Source of the DNA: an uncultured Verrucomicrobiae bacterium
GTDB taxonomy: Bacteria; Verrucomicrobiota; Verrucomicrobiia; Palsa-1439
Length of the DNA stretch: 64,000 bases
Direction of reading: 5' to 3'
Assembly: GCA_963812605.1 (NCBI GenBank)
Contig: CAWEWF010000003.1
Coordinates: 1 to 64,000 of the forward strand
The stretch's first letter is position 1. Every line of letters starts with the position of its first letter. The notes below the pieces were generated by a model that ran no database searches, was not told the origin of the DNA, and worked only from the letters and a program-made list of their open reading frames with translations. The position numbers and the translations under genes are program-made. Positions 10,857 to 19,637 of this stretch are shown piece after piece.

Positions 10857-10967
10857 ATTTGTTTGCAGCAGCATAACGTTTCGGCCCCTAATCCGCAAGC
10901 TGGAAACTTTCTCATGAGCCGAAAAAGTGCCGAAAAGTAAGGGGAATGTGTACACATGCGCCGAAAC

Positions 10968-11008
10968 GTGAGCCGAAAGTGACCCGCAGTGGTGAGACTA
11001 AAGTGACC
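10968..11008. repeat. Two 17-bp imperfect direct repeats (GTGAGCCGAAAGTGACC / GTGAGACTAAAGTGACC) with 24-bp period
   Basis: Read directly; preceded by palindrome TGTGTACACA at 10947-10956. Confidence 0.7.
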
Positions 11009-11053
11009 GACACGGTTAATTCCGTCTTGGCCGACAAGAGGATTTATCACGGA

Positions 11054-12502
11054 TCACGCGTCGCGGCTGTGCTTAGCAGGCCGCTGTTGCGGGAACCGGG
11101 CAGGGGGGAGTCGCTTCGGCGGCGCTTGTTTGGCTTCGACCGTCTTTGCTTCCAAGTCGATGACCGTCTGATGCCCGCCCGACTGTGCTGCGAGTACCTT
11201 CTCCAACAACGTGCGGAGTTCGGACATCGTCTCGGTCGCCTCGATGTTTGACTTGAAACCTGAGCTTGGCAATATGGCCTGCGGCTGTACGGCTTCCGAG
11301 TTGAAGCGAAGGTTCTGCAATCGCTTCTGGAGGTAGGCCATCCGCAGATGGCCATAGACCTTCATGGCCAGCGCGCCACCATCCGCGTGCCCGAGCAGCT
11401 TGGCCACGGTTGGGATGTCGATGCCCATCTCGATAAGACGCGTAGCGAAGAAGTGCCGCAGATCATGATGGGTGAGCTTCTGACAGGCCGCCTCTTTGCA
11501 GCAGCGAGCGAGTGTTTCTGGGCATTCCATCACTGTCATGAGACGGTCGTCGCCTTTCATTTTGGGCCGCGCAGCGAAGATTTCCTCGATCAACTCGCGT
11601 GCTTCAGCCAGCAACGGAACCCATCGCTCTTTGCCGCCCTTGCCGTAGAGCCGAATCACGTTGCGTTTGAGGTCCACATCGCGTTTGCGGACGCCCGTGA
11701 CCTGCTGCGGGTCCGCGCCCCCATAGTTCGCGAGGCGGCGTACTTCATGTTTGCTATAGCCACGCGCTTCCTGGAGTCGTGCCCCGGTGTAGGCGAGGAA
11801 GCGAATGAGCCAACCAGCGCCGCGACCGCCATATCCCACATTGCGACCGGCTTCGGCGAGGATGGCCTGCCATTGCTCATCGTTCGGCAGCGCCAACTGT
11901 TTCGATGACGGCGCCACGCGCTCAACAAGGCGCTTGCCGTCCCCGCCCATCGTCGGGTCGCGCGCGATAGCACCCGCCTCGATGCCAACTGCGATCACAC
12001 GGTGAAACATGCCAATGGTGTTGTTGTAGGACGTGGCTGAATACTTTTCATGCAGGGGCTTGGCCCAGTCCAGAATACCGTCCGTGTTCAAATCGCGCAG
12101 GAGCACTTTCTCGATGCCAGGCCACGTCGCTTTGATACGCCTGATATTGTCGAAGTTGTCCCGTCGTGCCCCAGAGCGCAGTTTTACGGCGTTGTTGATA
12201 CGCCGCTCCAGCACGGCGAGTGCGTCGCCAAACGTTTTGACATCGGTCAGCGACGGATTTGCTCGTCCGAGCTTTTTGCGTTCCTCGGATTTGATATCAG
12301 GTAACCGCAGCTTGGCGGTCGTTTTTGAGTCGGTATTCGTGGAGACACGAACAATCTTGCCTCCCACGCGAAACCGTGCAAATATTTCACCTCGCGTATA
12401 TGCATTTGTTGGCCTGTAACGGAAGAGATAGGGAGCAACCTTCGTCCACTGCGATTTCGCTGGGGACGCCGGGTTCGTCTCGATTTTTGGCATCGCTTTC
12501 AT
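11054..12502 (-). CDS. Tyrosine recombinase / phage-type integrase
   Basis: Catalytic set R (TGARLQE), K (GKGGK), HDLRH, LGH, Y (VYGH); N-terminal arm-binding-like domain. Confidence 0.92.
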   Translation of the reverse strand: MKAMPKIETNPASPAKSQWTKVAPYLFRYRPTNAYTRGEIFARFRVGGKIVRVSTNTDSKTTAKLRLPDIKSEERKKLGRANPSLTDVKTFGDALAVLERRINNAVKLRSGARRDNFDNIRRIKATWPGIEKVLLRDLNTDGILDWAKPLHEKYSATSYNNTIGMFHRVIAVGIEAGAIARDPTMGGDGKRLVERVAPSSKQLALPNDEQWQAILAEAGRNVGYGGRGAGWLIRFLAYTGARLQEARGYSKHEVRRLANYGGADPQQVTGVRKRDVDLKRNVIRLYGKGGKERWVPLLAEARELIEEIFAARPKMKGDDRLMTVMECPETLARCCKEAACQKLTHHDLRHFFATRLIEMGIDIPTVAKLLGHADGGALAMKVYGHLRMAYLQKRLQNLRFNSEAVQPQAILPSSGFKSNIEATETMSELRTLLEKVLAAQSGGHQTVIDLEAKTVEAKQAPPKRLPPARFPQQRPAKHSRDA

Positions 12503-12541
12503 CTGGCGATCTCTTTGGTTCGGAGTTTGGCTTTAGCTCGC

Positions 12542-12574
12542 ATGACAAGCAGACTGTGACAAAAAACGTGACAA
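12542..12574. repeat. Three RTGACAA direct repeats, candidate integrase arm-type sites
   Basis: ATGACAA at 12542, GTGACAA at 12556 and 12568, between the integrase start and the tRNA. Confidence 0.5.
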
Positions 12575-12637
12575 CGGTCAAGCAAAGAGTGATCTTCGCC
12601 TTGAGAATTGTTAGATTTACTAAGCAAATCGCGCAGT

Positions 12638-12723
12638 GGAGAGGTACCGAAGTGGCCAAACGGGGCAGACTGTAAATCTGCTGGCTTACGCCTTCGGTGG
12701 TTCGAATCCACCCCTCTCCACCA
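12638..12723 (+). tRNA. tRNA-Tyr (GTA)
   Basis: Acceptor stem GGAGAGG/CCTCTCC plus ACCA; anticodon arm GCAGA-CTGTAAA-TCTGC; long variable arm; GGTTCGAATCC T-loop. Confidence 0.97.
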
Positions 12724-12787
12724 ATTTTTCTACCCTCGGCGACAAAGGCTGGTTGAAAAAAATCTCCCGTTTACGCCACAGTGCGGT

Positions 12788-13975
12788 ATGCGATTCGCCT
12801 CAGCACTGACGACCAAGGTGGTTTTGGCAGAAGCGGTGGAAGACCTGGCGCGCCAGGTCACCGCGCAACTCGGTCCGGCCAAGACCGAACTCGCGGTGAT
12901 GTTCGTCCACCCGAAGTTTCTGCTCCAAATCGACGATCTGGTTGAATCAGTGCAGAAAACAGTGGGGGCTCGGCACTTGATTGGCTGCACCGGCGCGGGA
13001 ATCATCGGGGTCGACCAAGAAGTGGAGCAGCAACCGGCGATCTCCCTGCTGGTGGGAGAGTTGCCGGGCGTCGAGGTGGCTCCCTTCCATCTGGACGAGA
13101 AAAACCTGGAGGAATCGACCGGCCCGGATTTCTGGCATTTCCAACTCGAACTTGAACCCGATGCGTCCCCGCAATTCCTCATGTTCGTCGACCCATTCAC
13201 GACGCACGCGGTCCAGCTTGTCGACGCCTTGACGGAAGCTTATCCGCAAGCGCCGATCATTGGCGGCCTGGCCAGCGGGGCGCAGCAGCCCGGCGAGAAT
13301 CGGCTGTTTCTCGATGGCAAGGTTTACGACGAGGGCGCGGTGGGCGTCGGCCTGACCGGCAAGATCGTGTTGCAGACGGTCGTCTCGCAGGGCTGTCGAC
13401 CGATTGGCGAACCGCTGGTGGTGACGCGCGCCGAAAAGAATGTCGTGTTCGAGCTGGGCGGACGACCGCCGATGAAGATTCTGCAGGAGATGCTGCCGCA
13501 ACTGCCCGCAAAGGACCGGCAACTGGCGCGTTCGGGACTGTTGTTTCTGGGGCGCGTGATCAACGAATACCAGGAGGAGTACGGTCGCGGCGATTTCCTG
13601 ATTCGCAACCTCATCGAAAGCGACCGCGAGTCGGGCGCCCTGTCGGTGGCGGATTTGATGCGGACGGGGCAGACCGTGCAATTTCAAGTGCGGGATGGCG
13701 AGACGGCGGACGAGGATTTGCGGCAGTTGCTGCAAAAGAAGCACCGCTCACTGGCTGGGAAACCGCCGCATGCCGCGCTGCTGTTCACCTGCCTCGGTCG
13801 CGGCGAAGGAATGTACGGCTCGGCGCATCACGACATTCAGGCCGTACAGGAAAACCTCGGGCCCCTGCCGGTCGCGGGCTTTTTCTGCAACGGTGAAATC
13901 GGCCCGGTCGGCCGACGCGCTTTCGTCCACGGCTTCACCAGCGTACTGGGCCTCTTCACCGAACCCGCCGCGTAG
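12788..13975 (+). CDS. FIST N/C domain signal-transduction protein
   Basis: IGCTGAGIIG, IIGGLASG, VSQGCRPIG, LLFTCLGRG, GFFCNGEIGP. Confidence 0.9.
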   Translation: MRFASALTTKVVLAEAVEDLARQVTAQLGPAKTELAVMFVHPKFLLQIDDLVESVQKTVGARHLIGCTGAGIIGVDQEVEQQPAISLLVGELPGVEVAPFHLDEKNLEESTGPDFWHFQLELEPDASPQFLMFVDPFTTHAVQLVDALTEAYPQAPIIGGLASGAQQPGENRLFLDGKVYDEGAVGVGLTGKIVLQTVVSQGCRPIGEPLVVTRAEKNVVFELGGRPPMKILQEMLPQLPAKDRQLARSGLLFLGRVINEYQEEYGRGDFLIRNLIESDRESGALSVADLMRTGQTVQFQVRDGETADEDLRQLLQKKHRSLAGKPPHAALLFTCLGRGEGMYGSAHHDIQAVQENLGPLPVAGFFCNGEIGPVGRRAFVHGFTSVLGLFTEPAA

Positions 13976-14001
13976 CCTTTTCGGCTTCCGCCAAAAAATA
14001 A

Positions 14002-14043
14002 AAACGCCCCGGCCTCGCAATGCCCGCCGGGGCGTTTCTTTTA
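14002..14043. terminator. Probable bidirectional intrinsic terminator
   Basis: AAACGCCCCGG...CCGGGGCGTTT stem with A and T tracts, between convergent genes. Confidence 0.7.
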
Positions 14044-14059
14044 ATCCCGCCGATCGGGA

Positions 14060-14441
14060 TCAAATCGCCTGTGCCAAAGCTCCCGCCACGGCTTTCACCA
14101 GTTTCTTGTGATCGACCGGGGTAGGGAAGTAATCAACAACACCTTCGCTTAAGGCCTGGGCGTATCCATTCCAGTCTCCGTCACGCGTGACGACCAGCAC
14201 GGGCAGGTCTTTGCGGCTCACTCGCGCCGCATGGACCAGCTCCATCCCGCTGCGTCCCCGCATGGCTTCCTGGATGATGACGAAATTGTATTCTTTGGCC
14301 CATTCCTTCCACCGTGCTAAAAGCGCGCTCGGCATCGCTGATGGTGGTGACGGAATAGCCCTGCGCATGCAAGACATCCTGGACAACCTGCTGATCCTTC
14401 GGACTGTCTTCAATTAAGAGAACAGCACCTCGCTTCATCAT
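14060..14441 (-). CDS. Single-domain atypical response-regulator receiver (frameshift near 14310)
   Basis: VLLIEDS N-terminus (ORF 14181-14441) joins SGMELV..LPVLVVT..GVVDYFPTP (ORF 14060-14413). Confidence 0.7.
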
Positions 14442-14710
14442 ACTTCCCCCTTTTCTTCAGTAACTACTCGCCAACACCTCACGATAAAGCCGAATCCACC
14501 GAAGTCAAACGCCATCGCCGAAATTCTGGTAGTGTCCTAATTTGAAATTCGCCAACTAGTTGCCGTCCCCTGAGAGGGTGCTCCTGCGTGAGTTTTGCAC
14601 ATTGCGATGTTGTCCTGTTGTGGCGTGGATAGCAACGGCGGCGATAGCGGCTAAGATCAGAAAAATGACCATAAACCACTTCCGTTCTCTCGGTGTCATC
14701 TCTCTATAGG

Positions 14711-16186
14711 TCATGCGTAAATGGCCTCAGACCCGTATTCATAACGCACCGCCGCTACCGCGGCGCCGTCGTATTTCTGGTCGTCGCGATCGCTGAAGAG
14801 CAACTGGGCCACTTCGGATTGGTAGGTGTGGAAGGGGTTGTTCATGACCAGCGGGTCCTTGTTTTCCACCGAGATGGAGTCCCAGTTGATGACGTAGGTG
14901 CCCACCTGATCGCGCAGATGGCGGACGGCGATGCCGCGCGCTGCCGCGCGGGTATTGCTCGGGGGATTCTGCATGCAGAAGGCGACGCGCTCGGGGGTCA
15001 CTACGTATTGCAGGCGGCCTTGCTCCGCCAGCGCGAAATACAGGCCGCGGCGCGCGTCGAGATTGTGATATTCCAGGTCGAGTGACTGCAACCACGGGTC
15101 ATCCCAGCTCAGGCGTTCCTGTTCGACGAACATCTGCAGCATCCACTTCTTCGCCACCCAGTCGATCTTGTCCGTCTGCGACATCGGATCGCGCTCCAAT
15201 CCCGCCAGGATCGCCTCCCACTCGCGAATGATCCAGTCGTTCTCGGGATCCATGCCCGCGAGGTAATGCTTCGCCAGGCCGAGGAACGAATGCTGGATCT
15301 CCAGCGCCGTGCGCGTCTGGCCGTTTTCGAGCCGAACGATCCAGCGATAGTGCGGGTCGCGCGAAATATCGCGGGTGGCTTGCACCGGGTCCATCAATCC
15401 CACGCGCTTCGGCAGGATGCCTTCTTCCAGCAAATCGAGCACGAGCGACGTGGTCCCGACCTTCAGAGCGGTCGCGTACTGGCTCATGTTCGAATCACCG
15501 ATGAGCAAGTGCAGCCGGCGATACTTGCGAAAGTCCGCCAGCGGCTCGTCCCGCGCGTTGATGATCGCGCGGTTGAACTGCACCCACTGGTAAATGTCGT
15601 TCACGATGTGATCCGCGCGTTGCGAAATCTGGAAATGCACCGGCGGATCGTGCCGATTGTGGTCGAACTCGAAGGCGAGGGGATTGGCCTGGCCCACGCG
15701 GCCCGCGCCGGAAAAAATCTGGCGCGTGGCGAGAAATGAGAGCAACGCGGACAGCACCTGCGGGGTGAATTGCGCGCCGCGTTTCATCAGGTAATTCTCA
15801 TGGCAGCCGAAGGTCGCGCCGGTGTGGTGGTCGATGTTGTTCTTCACAAACGACACCCGGTCGGCGAGCCCCATGCTCTCCAGCGCGCCTTGCAGGAGAT
15901 GATCGCCCGCGTGGTCGAAGGAAACAACGTCGCGCAGGCTCAGGCATTCGGGCGTGGAATACTCGATGTGCCCCATATCCAGGTAGAGCCGGCCGCCATT
16001 GAGCAGGAAACCGCCGTTGCCCGGCGGTTCTTCGTAATCGCGATAATGCAGGTCAATCGCGCCGAGCCGCGCGACCTTGAAAAGGTGGTTCTTGACCCGA
16101 ATCGGAAACGCGTCGGGGCCGCCCTGCCGGTCATCGTTGCTGACCAGGCAGCCGTATTCGGTCTCGAGTCCGACGATGCGGTTCAT
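14711..16186 (-). CDS. pafA: PafA-type Pup/UBact-protein ligase
   Basis: GLETEYG, NGGRLYLDMGHIEY, GCHENY, ISQRADH, DEPLAD..YRRLHL, DLEYH; last gene of the operon. Confidence 0.88.
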   Translation of the reverse strand: MNRIVGLETEYGCLVSNDDRQGGPDAFPIRVKNHLFKVARLGAIDLHYRDYEEPPGNGGFLLNGGRLYLDMGHIEYSTPECLSLRDVVSFDHAGDHLLQGALESMGLADRVSFVKNNIDHHTGATFGCHENYLMKRGAQFTPQVLSALLSFLATRQIFSGAGRVGQANPLAFEFDHNRHDPPVHFQISQRADHIVNDIYQWVQFNRAIINARDEPLADFRKYRRLHLLIGDSNMSQYATALKVGTTSLVLDLLEEGILPKRVGLMDPVQATRDISRDPHYRWIVRLENGQTRTALEIQHSFLGLAKHYLAGMDPENDWIIREWEAILAGLERDPMSQTDKIDWVAKKWMLQMFVEQERLSWDDPWLQSLDLEYHNLDARRGLYFALAEQGRLQYVVTPERVAFCMQNPPSNTRAAARGIAVRHLRDQVGTYVINWDSISVENKDPLVMNNPFHTYQSEVAQLLFSDRDDQKYDGAAVAAVRYEYGSEAIYA

Positions 16187-16971
16187 AAATCTTTCAACGC
16201 GCTGCGGATTTCTTTTTCGTCGAGCAGGCGAAATTTCTTGCTGGCCGGCCGGCTGCGCTGCAATACGGCGGCCTCGATATGCCGGGTCTTCAGGTGTTCC
16301 TTGAGGACTTTCTCGGGCTCAATCTCGCGTTTCGTGGGTTCCTCGCCCGCCTTGCTTTCGTTCTGCTCGGCCGCATCCATGCCGACAGCCCAGGTCTTCG
16401 CCGCAAGCTTCAGGGCGTCCTCCAGCGAGCGGCGTTCGTTGCCATTGTGTTCCACCAGGTACTCCAGCATCGCTTTTTGGGCGTCGCCGGTGCCGGCCAG
16501 CACGTCGAACCGCTCTTTCATTTCAATTTCACTGCGCGCCAGCGACCCGTCGTAGTCGAGCTTCACGATGGAATCCTGCGCCGGTTCGTCGCCGAGTTCC
16601 GCCAGCAGGATCTTGACGATGTGTGGCGCGCTGAAGACCTGCTCGAAGGCGGTCTTGAGCGCGGGGCTCATGCCGAAATTGACGAGGCGCCGCAGCGACA
16701 CGTCGGCCACCGCGCGGTTGAAGCCCTCGATGTGCGCCAGGTCGATGGCCACCAGCCGCATCCGCTCGATATCGGCGGGATGTCCGAGCGCCGCGAAAGC
16801 CACGCGGTCGTACACCTCGAAAACCTTGCGCGTCTCGCGGCTGACCGTCAACAGCAGCAGGCCGTCGGCGAAATCCAGCGCGACTACCGGGCTGCCAAGG
16901 CGCAACTGGTCCTCGATATACTCGCGTCGATTCGCAATCGCCTCGACCCAACGATATGGTTCTTCAATCAT
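16183..16971 (-). CDS. prcA: 20S proteasome alpha subunit
   Basis: GSPVVAL..DGLLL, KVFEVYDRVAFAALG; located between prcB and pafA. Confidence 0.88.
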   Translation of the reverse strand: MIEEPYRWVEAIANRREYIEDQLRLGSPVVALDFADGLLLLTVSRETRKVFEVYDRVAFAALGHPADIERMRLVAIDLAHIEGFNRAVADVSLRRLVNFGMSPALKTAFEQVFSAPHIVKILLAELGDEPAQDSIVKLDYDGSLARSEIEMKERFDVLAGTGDAQKAMLEYLVEHNGNERRSLEDALKLAAKTWAVGMDAAEQNESKAGEEPTKREIEPEKVLKEHLKTRHIEAAVLQRSRPASKKFRLLDEKEIRSALKDL

Positions 16972-16998
16972 GGCTCTGTGACCCGGTCTACGCGGAAA

Positions 16999-17824
16999 CT
17001 AGACCTCACTCTTGTACACGCGGCCCAATTCGGAATCGGGAATCTCGCGGATGCCTTCCTTCGTGATGACGCGGACGATCGGGAAAATATCGGACTTGGG
17101 ATTGTAGCCGCTGGTGGCCGTGTCGCTGTCGGCGGCCGTGTCGAGCACGCGCAAGGCGGCGATCGACGATCTCCGATTCGTTGAACTTGGCGAGCGGTTT
17201 GCCGCCCCACGTGTTGAGGTAATGCAGCACGCTGCGCACGGCGAGCGAGCCGGAACCGCTGGCGGAGTAATCCACGCCTTCAAATTGCGCGCCCAGCGCG
17301 TCGTAGAAATACACCTTGCCGCCGCCATCTTTTCCGCCCTCGATCTCGTACGTCGCGAAAATCGGCACCACCATGCCCACGCCCTGCAAGGTGAGCGGCA
17401 GGTTTTCCTTCAGAAGTTTCGACAAGGAGCGCACCTTGCCCGCCGTGCTCATCTCCTGAAGCTGGCTGCGTTCAAAATACTTGAAACTGTGTTCGAGGAC
17501 GCGCGCCATTTCGAACGCCACCGCGGGCACGCCGGCGATGGCGAGAATGGATCGTTCGTCAATGTTGATGAGCTTCTCGGCGCGCTCGTACATGACGAGA
17601 TTGCCCGCCGTGGCGCGGCGGTCGCCCGCAACCAGCACGCCGTCCTTGTATTTGACGGCGAGGACCGTCGTGCCCTCGGTGACGATGCTGCCTTTGCCCA
17701 TCTCGTGCTGGAATTTGGCGGCGGCCTGGGCCAGACGGGGCACCGCCTCATAACCATGGGCTTTCAGGACGCCCAGGAAATCGCCATCATGCAGGAATTG
17801 CGGAATCGGTAGGGGATGATCCAT
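16999..17824 (-). CDS. prcB: 20S proteasome beta subunit (frameshift near 17165)
   Basis: Propeptide then EG/TTVLAV (catalytic Thr), AGDRRATAGN, SGSGS; C-terminus AADSDTATSG lies in the 16999-17328 frame. Confidence 0.9.
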
Positions 17825-17854
17825 GGCGATTGCTCGCGGAGCCGATGCGCCGAC

Positions 17855-18052
17855 TCACTGCCCCGTGCGCTGGCGATAACGTTTGGCCTGATTCGGGTCG
17901 ACGCGGCGCATCTTCTTCAGCAGTTCCTTGGTATCGGGAGTTTGCGTGTCCGGGCGCCTCGGGCCGCCCTCGTCGGTTTCCTTCTTTTCCCAAGGAGCCG
18001 GGGACGTGGGTCGCTCGATGCGTTCGGGGAATTGTGCGTTGGAATCGGCCAT
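17855..18052 (-). CDS. ubact: UBact (Pup-analogous small protein modifier), 65 aa
   Basis: Charged, disorder-prone, ends MRRVDPNQAKRYRQRTGQ (R[TS]G[EQ] signature); sits between dop and prcB. Confidence 0.88.
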   Translation of the reverse strand: MADSNAQFPERIERPTSPAPWEKKETDEGGPRRPDTQTPDTKELLKKMRRVDPNQAKRYRQRTGQ

Positions 18053-18057
18053 GGCCT

Positions 18058-19593
18058 TTATCTCCGCGTTAACCGCAAGTTCCGCAGTAATGTCTCCACA
18101 TCCGGCGCATTGTCAATGGCGGCATTATAACGCGCCACCTCTTCATCGTCAAAAACATTCAGGAGTTCGACCACCGCTTCGCGGTCATTTTCGCCAAAAG
18201 TGATCTCGTCCCATTGCACCGAGTTCATCTGTTTGGCGAATTTCTCGATGCAACGCCCGCGGAAATACGCGCGCGTGTCGCGTGGCGGCTTCCGGATCGC
18301 GTGGCGGATTTCGTCGTCGGTCACAAAACGCTGCAGTTGCTTCCCGCGGACCAGTTCCGCGTACAGGCCCTCTTCCTGCCGCACGTTATGGTATTCGAGG
18401 TCCAGCGACTGGAGCCACGGATCGTCCCAGGCCACCTTCTCGACCTCCACGAAGGCGTCGAGCATCCACTTCTTGGCGACCCAATCGAGCCGGTCGCGGC
18501 ACAGCATCGGGTCGCGCTCCAAATCCGCAAGCACCTGTTCCCAGGTCGTCAAGACCCAGTCGGTTTCTTCATCCCGGCCGCGCAAATGCTTGTGGGCCGC
18601 CGCCAGATACTCGCGCTGGACGTCGATCGGCCCAATTGTCGGCCCGCCCGCCTGGCGAAGCGCGGTTTTCAGTGTGGGATCGCGCGAAATCGCCTTCAAG
18701 GCTGCGATTGGGTCAATCAGCTCAATCTGCATGGGGCACAATCGCTGTTCCAACAGGTCAAGCACGAGCGACGTGGTGCCGATTTTCAGCGCGCCGGAGA
18801 TCTCGCTCATGTTGGCGTCGCCGATGATGACGTGCAGGCGGCGATACTTGTCGCTGTCGGCGTGCGGCTCGTCGCGGGTGTTGATGATCGGGCGGCGGTT
18901 CATCGTATCGATGGACACGAGCACGCTGAAGAAATCCGCCCGCTGGCTGATTTGGTAGACGCCCGCCGGCGCGCCGTCGACTCCTTCAATGCCGACCTTG
19001 CCCGCGCCCGCGACAACCTGCCGCGTGACGAGGAACGGGGTGAGGCCGCGAATGACCAGATCAAACGGGATGTCGCGTTTCATCAGGTAATTGTCGTGGC
19101 AACCGTAGCTGTGGCCGACGAAATCGGTGTTGTTCTTGTAGACCTTTACGACGCCGCCCTTCGTGTGCCGGTTGCGGCGGCGGACGCATTCCTCGATGAT
19201 CCGTTCGCCCGCCTTGTCCTGGGCGATGATGTCGCGGAGCTGTTTGCACTCGGGCGTGGCGTACTCGGGGTGGGCGTGGTCGTTGTAGTAGCGCGCGCCG
19301 TTGGAGAGAACGAGGTCGCTCTTGATTTCCTGGAAGCTGAGCTTGCGATTCTGGTCCTGGACGAAGTACCGCGCCTCGTCGAAATCCTGCATCAATTCAG
19401 CGACGCGAAAACCGCGCACGTCCTGGTGCGGATCCTCCAGTTCGTAGTCCCACTTCAGCGCGGAATCCTGCGAGGGGGGCTCGACCTGGGTGTAGCTGCG
19501 CACCAGCGCGATCGACTCGGCCACCACGTCGACGCTTTCTTGTCCGTCGACAGTGATCCCGTATTCGGTTTCAATGCCCAGGGTTCTTTGCAT
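18058..19593 (-). CDS. dop: Dop deamidase/depupylase
   Basis: GIETEYG, SNGARYYNDHAHPEY (Dop-type), SYGCHDNY, NTRDEPHAD. Confidence 0.88.
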   Translation of the reverse strand: MQRTLGIETEYGITVDGQESVDVVAESIALVRSYTQVEPPSQDSALKWDYELEDPHQDVRGFRVAELMQDFDEARYFVQDQNRKLSFQEIKSDLVLSNGARYYNDHAHPEYATPECKQLRDIIAQDKAGERIIEECVRRRNRHTKGGVVKVYKNNTDFVGHSYGCHDNYLMKRDIPFDLVIRGLTPFLVTRQVVAGAGKVGIEGVDGAPAGVYQISQRADFFSVLVSIDTMNRRPIINTRDEPHADSDKYRRLHVIIGDANMSEISGALKIGTTSLVLDLLEQRLCPMQIELIDPIAALKAISRDPTLKTALRQAGGPTIGPIDVQREYLAAAHKHLRGRDEETDWVLTTWEQVLADLERDPMLCRDRLDWVAKKWMLDAFVEVEKVAWDDPWLQSLDLEYHNVRQEEGLYAELVRGKQLQRFVTDDEIRHAIRKPPRDTRAYFRGRCIEKFAKQMNSVQWDEITFGENDREAVVELLNVFDDEEVARYNAAIDNAPDVETLLRNLRLTRR

Positions 19594-19637
19594 GGCGGGT
19601 GGACAGCGATTGCGGCGCCGTCTCCTTGCTCACGGAC

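Larger units (their letters stand above)
1..12637. mobile_element. Integrative mobilizable element / genomic island (right part; left end outside window) adjoining the 5' end of tRNA-Tyr
   Basis: Tyrosine integrase next to a tRNA, MOBF relaxase, HicAB module, visibly AT-richer cargo at 1.2-5.1 kb; no T4SS or coupling protein seen in the window. Confidence 0.8.

Noticed and set aside
12608-12787. N-terminal extension of the FIST ORF through the tRNA
   Set aside because: ORF-caller artefact; the real start is most likely the ATG at 12788
17855-18052. Canonical actinobacterial Pup
   Set aside because: Lacks the GG[EQ] terminus; RTGQ fits UBact
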